Shown here: positions 8,872 to 20,076 of the stretch, piece by piece | Layout of the letters: every line of letters starts with the position of its first letter | How positions within the stretch are numbered: the first letter of the stretch is position 1 | Origin: Candidatus Komeilibacteria bacterium | GTDB lineage: Bacteria; Patescibacteriota; Patescibacteriia; UBA1558 | Length of the DNA stretch: 64,000 bases | Direction: 5' to 3' | Assembly: GCA_048538235.1 (NCBI GenBank) | Contig: JBLYPX010000001.1 | Span: 72,013 to 136,012 of the forward strand | Position numbers and translations under genes: made by a program | Notes under the pieces: generated by a model | The model's input: the letters and a program-made list of their open reading frames with translations, nothing else | Database searches by the model: none | What the model was told of the DNA's origin: nothing

Positions 8872-11763
8872 ATGGCTACTAAAAAGAATAACGAAATCTT
8901 AAAGAGTCAGAATGAAAAAATAGTTATTCGTGGTGCGCGTGTACATAATTTAAAAAATATTGATGTTGAAATTCCTAGAGATAAGCTCGTTGTAATAACT
9001 GGGCTATCTGGTTCAGGAAAATCTTCACTTGCTTTCGATACCATCTATGCTGAAGGTCAACGTCGTTATGTAGAATCACTGTCTGCTTATGCTAGGCAGT
9101 TTTTAGGTTTAATGGATAAACCAGATGTAGATCAAATAGATGGTTTATCTCCAGCTATATCTATTGATCAAAGAACAACTTCACATAATCCTAGATCTAC
9201 TGTTGGTACTGTTACCGAGATCTACGATTACCTTCGTTTACTTTATGCTCGCATTGGTGTACCTCATTGTCCAGAATGTGGTGATGTAGTTTCACAACAA
9301 TCTACTAAACAAATGATGGAGATAATCTTTAATTTCAAAGAAAAAGATTTTATTCTTTTACTCGCTCCTGTTATTAGAGATAAAAAAGGTGAACACAGGG
9401 GTATGATTGCTGAGGTTGAAAGAGCTGGTTATACCAAGTTAAGAATTGATGGATTAATATATACAGTTGAAGAAGCAATTGAACTTAATTTAGATAAACA
9501 AAAGAAGCACGATATTGAAATAGTTGTAGATAGATTAGAAGTTAGTAAAACAAATAAAGATAGAATAGCTGACTCTTTAGAAAAGTGTTTAGAGCTTGGT
9601 GATGGTTTAATAATCATCCACAATTCTTCAGAAGAGAAAGACTATATCTTATCTCAACATTTTGCTTGTCCTAAGTGTAGTGTTAATTTACCACCACTTG
9701 AGCCAAGAAACTTTTCTTTTAATAGTCCGCATGGAGCCTGCCCTGCTTGTACAGGACTTGGTACTAAATTAGAAGTGGATCCAGAATTAATTATTCCAAA
9801 CAAGAAACTAACTTTAGCACAAGGTGCTATTCGTCCTTGGTCAAGAACTGCTTCTAACCAAACCTGGTATTACCGTATGTTAGATATTGTTGCTAAGACC
9901 AATAAATTCTCTACAGATACACCAGTAGATAAACTTACTAAAAAACAACTAGAGACTGTTCTTTATGGTACAGGAGATAAAAAATACAAAGTAGATTACA
10001 ATACAGAGAAATTTGAAGGTGGTTTTTCTACAACCTTTGAGGGTGTAATACCTAATTTAGAGAGAAGGTATAAAGAAACGGATTCAGACTATATCCGTAC
10101 AGAGATAGAGAAGTATATGCGTATTTATCCTTGTCCAGAATGTGAGGGAAACCGTTTAAGACCAGAATCTGTAGCTGTGACAGTTGCAGAGAAGAATATT
10201 ATAGATTTAACAGCTAGTACTATCTCAGATGCTATTACTTTCTTTGAAGAATTAGGATCAGATAAAGCAAAAGGTGCTATGCAATTAACTAAACGTGAAT
10301 TAACAATAGCTCACCAAGTATTAAAAGAGATAAGAGTAAGACTTAAGTTTTTAAATAATGTTGGTTTAAACTATTTAACATTATCTCGTAATGCCTCAAC
10401 CTTATCTGGCGGTGAAGCACAACGTATACGTTTGGCTACCCAAATAGGTTCTTCTTTAACTGGGGTTATATATATCTTAGATGAACCTTCAATAGGCTTG
10501 CACGCTAGAGATAATACTAGGTTAATAGATACGTTAAAAGAGTTAAGAGATTTGGGTAATACAGTGATTGTGGTTGAACATGATGCAGATACAATGATGG
10601 CTGCAGATTATTTGGTAGATATTGGACCAGGAGCAGGAGCCTTAGGTGGAGAAGTAGTGTCTATTGGTACACCAGAAGAAGTAGCTAAAGATAAGAATTC
10701 ATTAACTGGACAATATTTAACTGGTAAGAAAGAAATAGCTGAACCTAAGAAATACCGTAAAGGTAGTGGTAAGAGTATTAAGATAATTGGAGCAGAAGAA
10801 TTCAACCTTAAAAAAGTAGATGCAGAAATACCACTTGGTAAATTAGTTTGTATAACCGGTGTCTCAGGTTCTGGTAAATCCACCTTAATGCAAGAGATTT
10901 TAGCCAAAGCTTTATCTCATCACTTCCACAGAGCTAAAGATATGCCAGGTAAGCATAAAGAAATTAAAGGTTTAGAAAATCTAGATAAAGTTATTGCTAT
11001 TGATCAATCTCCAATTGGTAGAACGCCAAGATCTAATCCAGCAACCTATACAGGAGTATTTACATACATTAGAGATCTATTTACTCAATTACCAGAAGCT
11101 AAGATTAGAGGTTATAAAGCGGGTAGATTTTCTTTTAATGTAAAAGGTGGCAGATGTGAGGCTTGTCAGGGCGATGGACTTGTTAAAATTGGTATGAACT
11201 TTTTACCAGATGTATATGTAGACTGTACAGAGTGTCATGGTAAAAGATTTAACCCACAAACATTAGAAATACATTACAGGAACAAAAACATTGCAGATAT
11301 TTTAGAAATGAGTGTTAGTGAAGCAATGGCCTTCTTTAGTAATATTCCAAATATATCTCAGAAATTACAAACATTATATGATGTTGGCTTAGGATATATT
11401 AAGTTAGGACAATCTGCTACTACTTTATCTGGAGGAGAGGCTCAACGTGTAAAATTAGCCACAGAGTTATCTCGTAGAGCTACTGGTAAAACATTATATA
11501 TTTTAGATGAACCAACTACTGGTCTTCACTTTGATGATGTTAAAAGATTATTACAGGTTCTTAATAAACTAGTAGATAAAGGTAATTCAGTTTTAATAAT
11601 TGAACATAATTTAGATGTTATTAAATCTTCAGATTGGCTTATAGATTTAGGACCGGATGGAGGAGACAAGGGTGGTGAAATTGTAGCAGCTGGTACTCCT
11701 AGAGATATTGCTAAAGAAAAGAGAAGTTTCACCGGTAAGTATTTAAAACCTTTACTTAAATAA
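8872..11763 (+). CDS. uvrA: Excinuclease ABC subunit A
   Basis: A 963-aa protein with two ABC ATPase modules: Walker [10 protein letters not shown] and GVSGSGKST, signature LSGGEAQR twice, and zinc-finger cysteines (CPECGD, CPKC, CPAC, CEAC, CTEC). Confidence 0.95.
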   Translation: MATKKNNEILKSQNEKIVIRGARVHNLKNIDVEIPRDKLVVITGLSGSGKSSLAFDTIYAEGQRRYVESLSAYARQFLGLMDKPDVDQIDGLSPAISIDQRTTSHNPRSTVGTVTEIYDYLRLLYARIGVPHCPECGDVVSQQSTKQMMEIIFNFKEKDFILLLAPVIRDKKGEHRGMIAEVERAGYTKLRIDGLIYTVEEAIELNLDKQKKHDIEIVVDRLEVSKTNKDRIADSLEKCLELGDGLIIIHNSSEEKDYILSQHFACPKCSVNLPPLEPRNFSFNSPHGACPACTGLGTKLEVDPELIIPNKKLTLAQGAIRPWSRTASNQTWYYRMLDIVAKTNKFSTDTPVDKLTKKQLETVLYGTGDKKYKVDYNTEKFEGGFSTTFEGVIPNLERRYKETDSDYIRTEIEKYMRIYPCPECEGNRLRPESVAVTVAEKNIIDLTASTISDAITFFEELGSDKAKGAMQLTKRELTIAHQVLKEIRVRLKFLNNVGLNYLTLSRNASTLSGGEAQRIRLATQIGSSLTGVIYILDEPSIGLHARDNTRLIDTLKELRDLGNTVIVVEHDADTMMAADYLVDIGPGAGALGGEVVSIGTPEEVAKDKNSLTGQYLTGKKEIAEPKKYRKGSGKSIKIIGAEEFNLKKVDAEIPLGKLVCITGVSGSGKSTLMQEILAKALSHHFHRAKDMPGKHKEIKGLENLDKVIAIDQSPIGRTPRSNPATYTGVFTYIRDLFTQLPEAKIRGYKAGRFSFNVKGGRCEACQGDGLVKIGMNFLPDVYVDCTECHGKRFNPQTLEIHYRNKNIADILEMSVSEAMAFFSNIPNISQKLQTLYDVGLGYIKLGQSATTLSGGEAQRVKLATELSRRATGKTLYILDEPTTGLHFDDVKRLLQVLNKLVDKGNSVLIIEHNLDVIKSSDWLIDLGPDGGDKGGEIVAAGTPRDIAKEKRSFTGKYLKPLLK

Positions 11764-11776
11764 ATATTATATACTT

Positions 11777-11806
11777 GACCCCCACTTTTTGTGGGGGTTT
11801 TTTATT
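11777..11806 (+). terminator. Rho-independent terminator after uvrA
   Basis: GACCCCCAC-TTTTT-GTGGGGG followed by a T-run. Confidence 0.7.
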
Positions 11807-11827
11807 TCTTGAAAATAAGTAGTGTAA

Positions 11828-12757
11828 ATGGTACTATTTAGGTGCTTTATGCTTAAAAATAACATATTAAATACAATTAAATACTTTGATATCTTTGAAT
11901 ATCCTTTGACAGCCTGGGAATGCTATCATTGGCTTTATGGTGGTGAAAAAACTACTTTTGAAGATATTAAAAGAGAACTTGAGACATTAATAGAAAATAA
12001 AGAGGTTGAAACTCTTGATGGTTTTTACTTTTTACCCGGTAAAGATAAACATGTTGAAACAAGACAAAGAAGATATTTAATAGCTCAGCTGAAATATAAT
12101 ATTGCGTTAAGGGCGGTTAAAATGATTAGAGCTCTACCATTTATTCGCTATGTCGCAATCTGTAATTCACTAGCTTACAATAATGCAGCAGATAGTTCAG
12201 ATATAGACTTATTCATAATAGCTAAGAAAGGTAAATTATGGAGAGCTAGGTTTGTAGTAGCAACCATCATGCAACTTCTACACCGTAGGCCAAATAGTAA
12301 AACATCTAAAGATAAAATTTGTTTAAGCTTTTTAGTTTCAGACGATAATTTAAATCTTCAGTCTCTAGCTGTTGATGACGATATTTATTTAAAATATTGG
12401 ATTACACAATTAGTACCACTCTATGATCCAGATAATCTGCAGACAAAGTTAATTAAAGCAAATAGTTGGATAGATAAAGATTTGCCAAATCATTTAGAGT
12501 ATAAGACAAATAGATTTAGATTAGTAACAGATACTAAAACATCAAAGTTTTTTAAGAAATTGTTGGAAATAAAATTTGGATTAAATTTCTTAGAATCTTT
12601 ATTAAGAAGATTACAGTTTGCAATCCTATCTAATGATTTAAAAACTATTGCAAATAAAGATACTAGGGTGGTAATGACAGATCAGATATTGAAATTCCAT
12701 TCACTAGATAGAAGAGAAGAGTATAGGGATAAATTTAAAGAAAGAATTAATGAATAA
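11828..12757 (+). CDS. Nucleotidyltransferase-fold (Pol-beta-like NTase) domain protein
   Basis: Minimal NTase motif [GS]x9-13 D-x-D: CNSLAYNNAADSSDIDLFII. It overlaps the start of the downstream O-antigen-ligase-like gene by 8 nt, which suggests an operon. Confidence 0.5.
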   Translation: MVLFRCFMLKNNILNTIKYFDIFEYPLTAWECYHWLYGGEKTTFEDIKRELETLIENKEVETLDGFYFLPGKDKHVETRQRRYLIAQLKYNIALRAVKMIRALPFIRYVAICNSLAYNNAADSSDIDLFIIAKKGKLWRARFVVATIMQLLHRRPNSKTSKDKICLSFLVSDDNLNLQSLAVDDDIYLKYWITQLVPLYDPDNLQTKLIKANSWIDKDLPNHLEYKTNRFRLVTDTKTSKFFKKLLEIKFGLNFLESLLRRLQFAILSNDLKTIANKDTRVVMTDQILKFHSLDRREEYRDKFKERINE

Positions 12758-14087
12758 GTTGTACAAAATAATTGAATATTTATTCTACATATTTGTTTTT
12801 CTGTTACCTTTACAAACCAGGTGGTTATACAATGAAGGATTGTTAAATAATGGTCATTGGGAATATGGCACCTTCTCGTTATATGCAACAGAAATATTAC
12901 TTGGTTTAATATTTCTTTTGGTTATTATTTTAGCTGGCCTGCAAATAAAGAAAAATGGTTCCAAATTAAATATGCAGAAATTAGATGTATTATTAATTAG
13001 CTTTTTAATATTTATTGGCCTTTCTATTATTTGGAGTATTAATTCATATATTAGCTGGCAAGTTTGGCTAGTTGTGATTGAAGCAATAGCTTTGCTATAT
13101 TTAGCTTCCCGTATAGGTTGGAACTATATTAAACTAGGCATAGCTTTTGTTTTAAGTGGTTTAATACAATCTGTATTAGCTATTTACCAATTTAGTGTCC
13201 AATCTGTATTTGCTAACAAATGGCTGGGCATGTCAGAACAAATGGTGGGGGATGGAGGAGTTTCTGTTATTGAAGGAGCGGGCAGATGGTTAAGAGCTTA
13301 TGGTAGCTTACCACACCCTAATATGTTGGGAGGATTTTTAGCAATTGTTTTAATAATATTATTCGGACTTTTATTCCATTACCGTACTAAGTACTATAAT
13401 CCACCATGGAAAATATCTAAGGGGTTAATTCTTAGCGCTGTTTTCTTATTCAGCTCTTTGGTAATTATTACCTATGGAATATTATTATCTTTTTCTCGTT
13501 CTGCGTGGTTGGGATTAGTAATTGCTTTAATATTCCTTTGGATAATATTCATATTACAGCAAGATAAAAAAAGATTATTATTCTTTTTTAAATTAAATAT
13601 TATACTATTGCTAGTAGTAGTTTTCTTTTCAGTAAGCTACGGTAATTTGTTAAGTAATAGAGTGAAGGTAGATTCTAGATTAGAAGCTCAGTCTATCTCT
13701 GAGAGACAGACAGGTTATGCAGAAGCTGTTGAGATAATTAAAACTAATCCTTTCTTGGGCGTTGGTTTGGGAGCTTACACTCAAGCTCTATATGATAAAG
13801 ACAATACTTTAGCATCCTATGCTTACCAACCAGTACATAATGTAGATTTACTAGTTATGGCAGAACTAGGAATTATTGGGTGGTTAATTTTAACTATCAC
13901 TATTATATATTTAATATATCTTGGCTTTAGAAAATTACGTACAGCAGATAATGAATTTTTAATGTTAATGGCTGCCTTTTTAGTAATATTAGTAATAGGT
14001 TTCTTTGATCATTATCTTTGGTCATTATACTTTGGGCTTATCTTAAGTTTCTTAATTACAGGTATATACATTAAACGTCTGAGTTAA
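12750..14087 (+). CDS. O-antigen ligase (Wzy_C) family polytopic membrane protein
   Basis: About 10-12 TM helices. The SFSRSAWLGLVIALIF segment matches the conserved O-antigen ligase/Wzy_C core. There is a large periplasmic loop. Confidence 0.65.
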   Translation: MNKLYKIIEYLFYIFVFLLPLQTRWLYNEGLLNNGHWEYGTFSLYATEILLGLIFLLVIILAGLQIKKNGSKLNMQKLDVLLISFLIFIGLSIIWSINSYISWQVWLVVIEAIALLYLASRIGWNYIKLGIAFVLSGLIQSVLAIYQFSVQSVFANKWLGMSEQMVGDGGVSVIEGAGRWLRAYGSLPHPNMLGGFLAIVLIILFGLLFHYRTKYYNPPWKISKGLILSAVFLFSSLVIITYGILLSFSRSAWLGLVIALIFLWIIFILQQDKKRLLFFFKLNIILLLVVVFFSVSYGNLLSNRVKVDSRLEAQSISERQTGYAEAVEIIKTNPFLGVGLGAYTQALYDKDNTLASYAYQPVHNVDLLVMAELGIIGWLILTITIIYLIYLGFRKLRTADNEFLMLMAAFLVILVIGFFDHYLWSLYFGLILSFLITGIYIKRLS

Positions 14088-14147
14088 TTTACAATAAGTT
14101 AGAAATATCATATAATTAAGCTAGAATTAATAATAATTAAGCATAAA

Positions 14148-14477
14148 ATGGTAGATCAAAAAGATACAAATTATAACGAGAAAAAAGATATTAGAGATAA
14201 TTCTTTTTTAGCCGCTATAGGATATATTTGGATACTATGTTTTATCCCACTATTCCTAAAGCGTAATTCCCAGTTTGCTCAGTTTCATGCTAAGCAAGGT
14301 TTAATCCTATTCATTGTAGAAATTTTAGGATGGCTAGTTTTCTGGATTCCTTTAATTGGTTGGCTTCTATTCTTAGCTATTCTAGTATTAGCTATTATGG
14401 GTATTATGAACGCCTTACAAGGAGTTTGGTGGGAGATGCCTTATTTAGGCAAGTATGCTAAGAAGATTAACCTGTAG
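14148..14477 (+). CDS. Small membrane protein (DUF4870/TM2-like)
   Basis: A 109-aa protein with two or three TM helices and a FHAKQG motif between helices. Confidence 0.45.
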   Translation: MVDQKDTNYNEKKDIRDNSFLAAIGYIWILCFIPLFLKRNSQFAQFHAKQGLILFIVEILGWLVFWIPLIGWLLFLAILVLAIMGIMNALQGVWWEMPYLGKYAKKINL

Positions 14478-14491
14478 GTAAATTTAACATT

Positions 14492-15907
14492 ATGGCAAAT
14501 ACAAAAATAGTGGCTACTTTAGGGCCGGCTTCAGAAAATTTAACTACAATAAAAAAATTAGCTAAAGCGGGCATAGATGTTGTCCGTCTTAATTTTTCAC
14601 ACGGCACGTATGCTAATCATGCGATGCTAATTTCTAATGTAAGAAAAGCAAGTAAGTCAGAAAAGAAAACAATTGCAATCTTGCAAGACTTACAAGGACC
14701 TCGTATCCGTATTGGAGATATTCCAGCTAAGGGGATTGAATTAAGAAGTGGTAAAAAAGTAACCTTAAGATTCAACCAAAAGAAATACAAGGAAGATAAT
14801 ATTATTCCAATAGATTTAAAAGTACCACCACATTTTAAAAAGAATGATCGTATTTTAATGCATGATGGCTTGGTGGAAATGAAAGTAGTGTCACAAGATA
14901 AAGAATTAGTACATTGTAAGGTTGTCCGTTCTGGCATGATACTATCACACAAAGGTGTAAATATTCCAAATATTAAAATAACCACTCCGGTTATTACAGC
15001 AAAAGATAAAAAAGATATTCAATTTGGTCTTAAGCATAATGTAGATTGGATAGCTTTATCTTTTGTTGGTTCTGCTCAAGATATTATAGATTTAAGGAAG
15101 TTAATAAAGAGATACGATAAATCTGCTAATGTTAAGATAATGGCTAAGATTGAAAGACCACAAGCTGTTAAGAATATAGATAGTATTATTGAAGAAGTAG
15201 ATGGTATTATGATTGCTCGTGGAGATTTAGGCGTAGAAATGTCACCACATAAGGTACCAATTATACAAAAGAAGATTATTAAAAAATGTATGGCTGCTTC
15301 TAAGCCAGTATTGGTTGCAACTCAGATGTTAGATTCTATGATCAATACACCAATGCCAACTAGAGCAGAGGTTTCAGATGTAGCTAATGCTGTAATTGAC
15401 CACACCGATGCAGTCATGCTTTCTGGAGAAACAGCTTTTGGTAAATATCCGGTACAAACAGTCAGGATGATGAGTAGTATTGTTAGAGAAACAGAAAAAT
15501 CTCCTTTTGACGATATGCCTAGAGGACACATTGTTGTTAAAAAAGACACTCATTACCAAGCTGTAGCAGAATCTGTATTTGAACTAGTAGAAGCAACAAG
15601 TGCTAAAGCTATTGTTGTTTTAAGTAGATCAGGCTTTTCTGCTCAGTTAATAGCTCGTCACAGACCAGATACAAAGATTATTGCCCTGGTTGCTGAAGAT
15701 TCTGTTAAAAGGCAGTTAAATATTGTTTGGGGAGTACATGCTTACAGAGTATCTGTTAAAAAGAGTTTAGATGGACTAATTAAACAAACCGTACAACTTA
15801 TTAAAAAATATAAATTAGTAAATAAAGGTAGTAATATTGTTATTGTTACTGGTCAACCAGTTGGTAGATCAAAACATGCTAATTTAATGGAAGTATATAA
15901 AATCTAA
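14492..15907 (+). CDS. pyk: Pyruvate kinase
   Basis: N-terminal KIVATLGPASE, MIARGDLGVE active-site region, and an alpha/beta barrel plus C-terminal regulatory domain. Length 471 aa. Confidence 0.9.
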   Translation: MANTKIVATLGPASENLTTIKKLAKAGIDVVRLNFSHGTYANHAMLISNVRKASKSEKKTIAILQDLQGPRIRIGDIPAKGIELRSGKKVTLRFNQKKYKEDNIIPIDLKVPPHFKKNDRILMHDGLVEMKVVSQDKELVHCKVVRSGMILSHKGVNIPNIKITTPVITAKDKKDIQFGLKHNVDWIALSFVGSAQDIIDLRKLIKRYDKSANVKIMAKIERPQAVKNIDSIIEEVDGIMIARGDLGVEMSPHKVPIIQKKIIKKCMAASKPVLVATQMLDSMINTPMPTRAEVSDVANAVIDHTDAVMLSGETAFGKYPVQTVRMMSSIVRETEKSPFDDMPRGHIVVKKDTHYQAVAESVFELVEATSAKAIVVLSRSGFSAQLIARHRPDTKIIALVAEDSVKRQLNIVWGVHAYRVSVKKSLDGLIKQTVQLIKKYKLVNKGSNIVIVTGQPVGRSKHANLMEVYKI

Positions 15908-15917
15908 CTTCAAATAA

Positions 15918-18347
15918 ATGAAAAAACAAAACCGTACTAAAAAGAATATCCTTTGGTTTAATGAAATAGGTAATAAGGATGTAGGATTAGTTGGTGGTAA
16001 AAATGCATCTTTAGGAGAGATGTATTCTAATTTAGTTAAAAAAGGAATAAATATTCCTAATGGTTTTGCTGTTACAGCAGCTGCTTACAGGTATATATTA
16101 AAAAACGCTAAGGCAGAAAAAAAAGTTAAAGATATTTTAAAGAATGTTAATACTAGAAATATTAAAGACTTAAGTAAAAAAGCTAGAGCGGTTAGAGAAT
16201 TAATACTTAGTATAGAATTCCCACAAGATTTACAAGAAGAAATATTTGAGGCATATGCTAAATTAAGTAAATTATACAAAGTAAATAATTTAGATGTAGC
16301 AGTTAGATCTTCAGCTACTGCTGAGGATTTACCATCTGCATCATTTGCTGGTCAACAAGAATCATATTTAAATATTAGAGGTAAACAAGAATTACTGGAC
16401 ACTGTTCGTAAGTGTATGGCTTCTTTGTTTACAGATAGAGCAATCTCTTACAGAGAAGATAAAGGTTTTGATCATTTTAAAATAGCTTTATCTGTTACTG
16501 TTCAGAAAATGGTAAGATCAGATAAAGCATCAGCTGGTGTTATGTTTTCCATAGATACAGAAACAGGTTTTCCTGGAGTGGTAGTTATTAATGCTGCTTG
16601 GGGTTTGGGAGAAATGGTAGTTAAAGGTTCAATTACACCAGATGAGTATTTTGTTTTTAAAGAAACTTTAGATAAAAAAAGTAAACAAGGTAAGATATAT
16701 AAACCAGTTATTGGTAAAGAAGTTGGTGCTAAAGAAAAAAGAATGGTTTACAGTAATACTGGTAAACCAACTAAGATTATTGCTAATACTGTTAAAGAAA
16801 AAAAACAGTATGTTTTACAAGATAAAGAAATACTACAATTAGCACGTTGGGCTAAGATGATAGAACAGTACTATAAAAGGCCAATGGATATGGAATGGGC
16901 TAAAGATGGTACAGATAATAAACTATACATAGTACAAGCTAGACCAGAAACTGTTGAATCACAAGAGAATAGGAATGTATTAACAGAATATATATTACAA
17001 GCTAGGAGTAAAGTACTTTTAACAGGTGCTGCAGTTGGCTCAAAAATAGGGCAAGGAATGGTTCAAATTGTTAAAGATGTAAAAGCTATAGATAAGTTTA
17101 AAGCAGGGCAAGTACTTGTTACTGAGATGACAGATCCAGACTGGGAACCAGTTATGAAAAAAGCAGCTGCTATTATTACTAACTCTGGTGGTAGAACTTG
17201 TCACGCTGCTATTGTTTCCAGAGAACTTGGTATTCCTTGTATTGTAGGCACAGGTAATGGAACAGATGTATTAAAGAATAGTCAAAAAGTAACAGTTTCT
17301 TGTGCAGAAGGTGAGAAAGGATATATTTACCAAGGATTGTTAAAGTACAAAGTTAAAAAAACTAATCTAAAAAAGGTTGGTAAACCAAAGACTAAGATAA
17401 TGATGAATGTTGGTGAACCAAGAGCTGCCTTTTTAGATTCTTTCATTCCCAATGATGGTGTTGGACTTGCTCGTGAAGAGTTTGTAATAAATAATTACAT
17501 TAAAGTTCATCCTTTAGCACTGCTTAACTTTAACAAGTTAGAAAGTAAAACAGCCAGGAATAAAATTGAAGAATTAACCTTTAACTATTCATCTAAGCCA
17601 CAGTTCTTTGTAGATAAATTAGCTGAAGGTATTGGTAGAATAGCATCTGCTTTTTATCCAAAGGATGTTATTGTTAGACTTTCAGATTTTAAATCTAATG
17701 AGTATGCTAATTTAATCGGTGGTAAACAATTTGAACCAGTAGAAGATAATCCAATGATTGGTTGGCGTGGTGCTAGTAGATATTATGATCCTAAATATTT
17801 ACCAGCTTTTAAATTAGAATGTAAAGCTCTTAAAAAAGTAAGAGAAGAATTTGGTTTAACCAATGTTAAAATAATGGTCCCATTCTGTAGAACTATTACT
17901 GAAGGTAAGAAGGTTTTAGAAATAATGGCTAAGGAAGGATTAAAACAAGGCGTTAATGGTTTAGAAGTATATGTTATGTGTGAAATACCATCTAATGTTA
18001 TTCTAGCTGAAGACTTTGCTAAACTATTTGATGGCTTTTCAATTGGTTCAAATGATTTAACACAATTAACATTAGGTGTAGATAGAGATTCAGAAATAGT
18101 TAGCCATGTTTATGATGAAAGAAATGAAGCTATTAAGAAACTATTAGAACAGGTTATTAAAACAGCACATAAGTATAAAACAAAGGTTGGTATCTGTGGT
18201 CAAGCACCTTCAGATTTTCCAGACTTTGCTCAAATGCTTGTTAAACTTGGTATAGATAGTATTTCTTTAATACCAGATACAGTTATTGGTACTACCTTGA
18301 AAGTATTACAAACAGAGAAGAAAATTAAAGAAATAATAGTTAAGTAA
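15918..18347 (+). CDS. ppsA: Phosphoenolpyruvate synthase (pyruvate, water dikinase)
   Basis: An 809-aa protein with the PEP-utilising mobile domain carrying the catalytic His (GGRTCHAAIVSRELGIPCIVG) and a C-terminal PEP/pyruvate-binding TIM barrel. Confidence 0.9.
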   Translation: MKKQNRTKKNILWFNEIGNKDVGLVGGKNASLGEMYSNLVKKGINIPNGFAVTAAAYRYILKNAKAEKKVKDILKNVNTRNIKDLSKKARAVRELILSIEFPQDLQEEIFEAYAKLSKLYKVNNLDVAVRSSATAEDLPSASFAGQQESYLNIRGKQELLDTVRKCMASLFTDRAISYREDKGFDHFKIALSVTVQKMVRSDKASAGVMFSIDTETGFPGVVVINAAWGLGEMVVKGSITPDEYFVFKETLDKKSKQGKIYKPVIGKEVGAKEKRMVYSNTGKPTKIIANTVKEKKQYVLQDKEILQLARWAKMIEQYYKRPMDMEWAKDGTDNKLYIVQARPETVESQENRNVLTEYILQARSKVLLTGAAVGSKIGQGMVQIVKDVKAIDKFKAGQVLVTEMTDPDWEPVMKKAAAIITNSGGRTCHAAIVSRELGIPCIVGTGNGTDVLKNSQKVTVSCAEGEKGYIYQGLLKYKVKKTNLKKVGKPKTKIMMNVGEPRAAFLDSFIPNDGVGLAREEFVINNYIKVHPLALLNFNKLESKTARNKIEELTFNYSSKPQFFVDKLAEGIGRIASAFYPKDVIVRLSDFKSNEYANLIGGKQFEPVEDNPMIGWRGASRYYDPKYLPAFKLECKALKKVREEFGLTNVKIMVPFCRTITEGKKVLEIMAKEGLKQGVNGLEVYVMCEIPSNVILAEDFAKLFDGFSIGSNDLTQLTLGVDRDSEIVSHVYDERNEAIKKLLEQVIKTAHKYKTKVGICGQAPSDFPDFAQMLVKLGIDSISLIPDTVIGTTLKVLQTEKKIKEIIVK

Positions 18348-18355
18348 ATAAAAAA

Positions 18356-18384
18356 GGCTCAACATTGTTGAGCCTTTTTTATTT
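18356..18384. terminator. Bidirectional rho-independent terminator between convergent ppsA and the T9SS-CTD gene
   Basis: AAAAAA-GGCTCAACA-TT-GTTGAGCC-TTTTTT: a perfect hairpin flanked by A- and T-runs. Confidence 0.7.
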
Positions 18385-18398
18385 GTCTATTTTATAAG

Positions 18399-19676
18399 CT
18401 ACTTAATGTAAGATAGCTTACGCGTAGCTTGGTAGTCAGGCGTTACCAACCGATACAAATAGATACCACTGGACAAGTTTTTTTGTCCAAGATCTATCAA
18501 TATCGAATGATTTCCGGCCGGTTGTTCATCGCTTACGATAGTCTTTATGGTCTCACCGGTCATGGAAAAGATTGTCAATTCCACAGGACCGTTTGAGGGA
18601 AGAAAATAACTGATCGTAGTAGATGGATTGAAAGGATTGGGATAATTCTGATTCAACCTGAATTCACTGGGCGATAATTGCCCCTCTTCATCTGTTGCCA
18701 GGGCGGAGTTCAGTTGAACAGCTGTTACCTCATATTCCAGGCTTGGATTAGGAATTATTATTGTAGCGTGTTCATTTGCTACAAATTGTTGTTCTGACCA
18801 CATGGTGCCATCTGGCAATATTGTTTTTACGCATACTGCATAGGCATCCGTCTCGATCGTCAGTTCATTCCCAGATAATGATGATACAGAAGGAACCACA
18901 AATGGGGGTTGAACCTCACTCATCAATTCACCAATCCCAAGTTCATAATTTGAAAACATTGGGTGATTGGGGTCGACGACGTATAGATTCACAAGGAATA
19001 GATCAACCAATCCAATGTTCGATACAAACAGAATTGAACCGCGGCCATAATTCAATCCTTCGTTGGTAAACCATTCACTCGATGGTTGGATTTGGCTGTA
19101 CGGGGTTAATAATTCAACGTCAGTCATGTCAACCATGCCATCACCTGATATATCACCCAGAATTCCATCTTGAGAGATAATGTGCTTGGTGTTGTGGATG
19201 TAAGTAGTTGCCAGGTCCGAGTTCAGAACAGTGAGTTGATTCTCTATTCTGAGTTCATGACCAACTGGTTGAAGGTTTTGGTAGTTCACAGTACCGATAG
19301 TATGCCAGGCAAGCCAATTTTGCGTCAGCACTATTTGGTAGCGCCAGAAGGGGTCATTTTCTGTGTAATAACTGGCGCCGGGAATTGCAGGATAACCATT
19401 CTCCTCAATATTCCAATTGTAGACTGGCATAGACAAAAGCTCACCTTGCCAGTATGCATAGGAATGGTATTCCAGTGCAACAATGTTTTGAACCCAGTTC
19501 ACCTGATTAACATGTATGTTGTACGAGAGTTGTTGCTGAGGTAGCATGTATAGCGTATCAACACCATTGACAGGATAGAATGCAAAAGTGTATTCTTCCT
19601 GATCATTGTTTTGTGAATATACACTTCCAAGGGCTATCAAGGTTAGCAATGTTGCAGTTAAAAACTTCACTTTCAT
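18399..19676 (-). CDS. Secreted protein with a dockerin-like Ca-binding motif and a C-terminal T9SS (Por) type-A sorting domain; compositionally foreign
   Basis: It has a signal peptide and the motif DISGDGMVDMTDVE. The last roughly 80 aa (NYPNPFNPSTTISYFLP...SGIYLYRLVTPDYQATRKLSYIK) match the Por_Secre_tail/T9SS C-terminal domain consensus closely. G+C of the gene is visibly much higher than the flanks. Confidence 0.7.
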   Translation of the reverse strand: MKVKFLTATLLTLIALGSVYSQNNDQEEYTFAFYPVNGVDTLYMLPQQQLSYNIHVNQVNWVQNIVALEYHSYAYWQGELLSMPVYNWNIEENGYPAIPGASYYTENDPFWRYQIVLTQNWLAWHTIGTVNYQNLQPVGHELRIENQLTVLNSDLATTYIHNTKHIISQDGILGDISGDGMVDMTDVELLTPYSQIQPSSEWFTNEGLNYGRGSILFVSNIGLVDLFLVNLYVVDPNHPMFSNYELGIGELMSEVQPPFVVPSVSSLSGNELTIETDAYAVCVKTILPDGTMWSEQQFVANEHATIIIPNPSLEYEVTAVQLNSALATDEEGQLSPSEFRLNQNYPNPFNPSTTISYFLPSNGPVELTIFSMTGETIKTIVSDEQPAGNHSILIDLGQKNLSSGIYLYRLVTPDYQATRKLSYIK

Positions 19677-19881
19677 TTTTGTTTCCTCTATACTGAAATT
19701 TACTTACAGCTACAATTTATCCCATGATAAATTGCATCAATATTTTCCTCCTTTCTTCGATCTCGCTGTTTTTAAGGTTCTGTTTATAATAAAGTAAAAT
19801 AGCATAAAGGTTTATTATTGTCAATATTTATAGAAAAACATTTGCTTTTTTAAGCTATTTTGTTATACTTTTCACACTTCT

Positions 19882-19969
19882 GGAGAGGTCGCATAGTGGT
19901 CTAGTGCGCCTGCTTGGAGTGCAGGTATACCGCAAGGTATCGCGGGTTCAAATCCCGCCCTCTCCGCCA
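19882..19969 (+). tRNA. tRNA-Ser (anticodon GGA)
   Basis: GGAGAGGTCGC...CCTGC-TTGGAGT-GCAGG, a long variable arm, then GGGTTCAAATCCCGCCCTCTCCGCCA. It has the class II long arm and an encoded CCA. Confidence 0.85.
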
Positions 19970-20076
19970 CATCGTGCTAGCACGAGGATATTAAAAAACA
20001 GCTTATTTATTAAGGTGTTTTTTATTGCAAAATAACCAAAATTAGGATAAGGTTTAGAGGTGTAAGACATATTTTT

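Noticed and set aside
19970-20000. Palindrome GTGCTAGCACG immediately after tRNA-Ser(GGA), considered as an att core
   Set aside because: It is more simply a short terminator-like hairpin for the tRNA transcript, and no matching copy is seen at the other island end.
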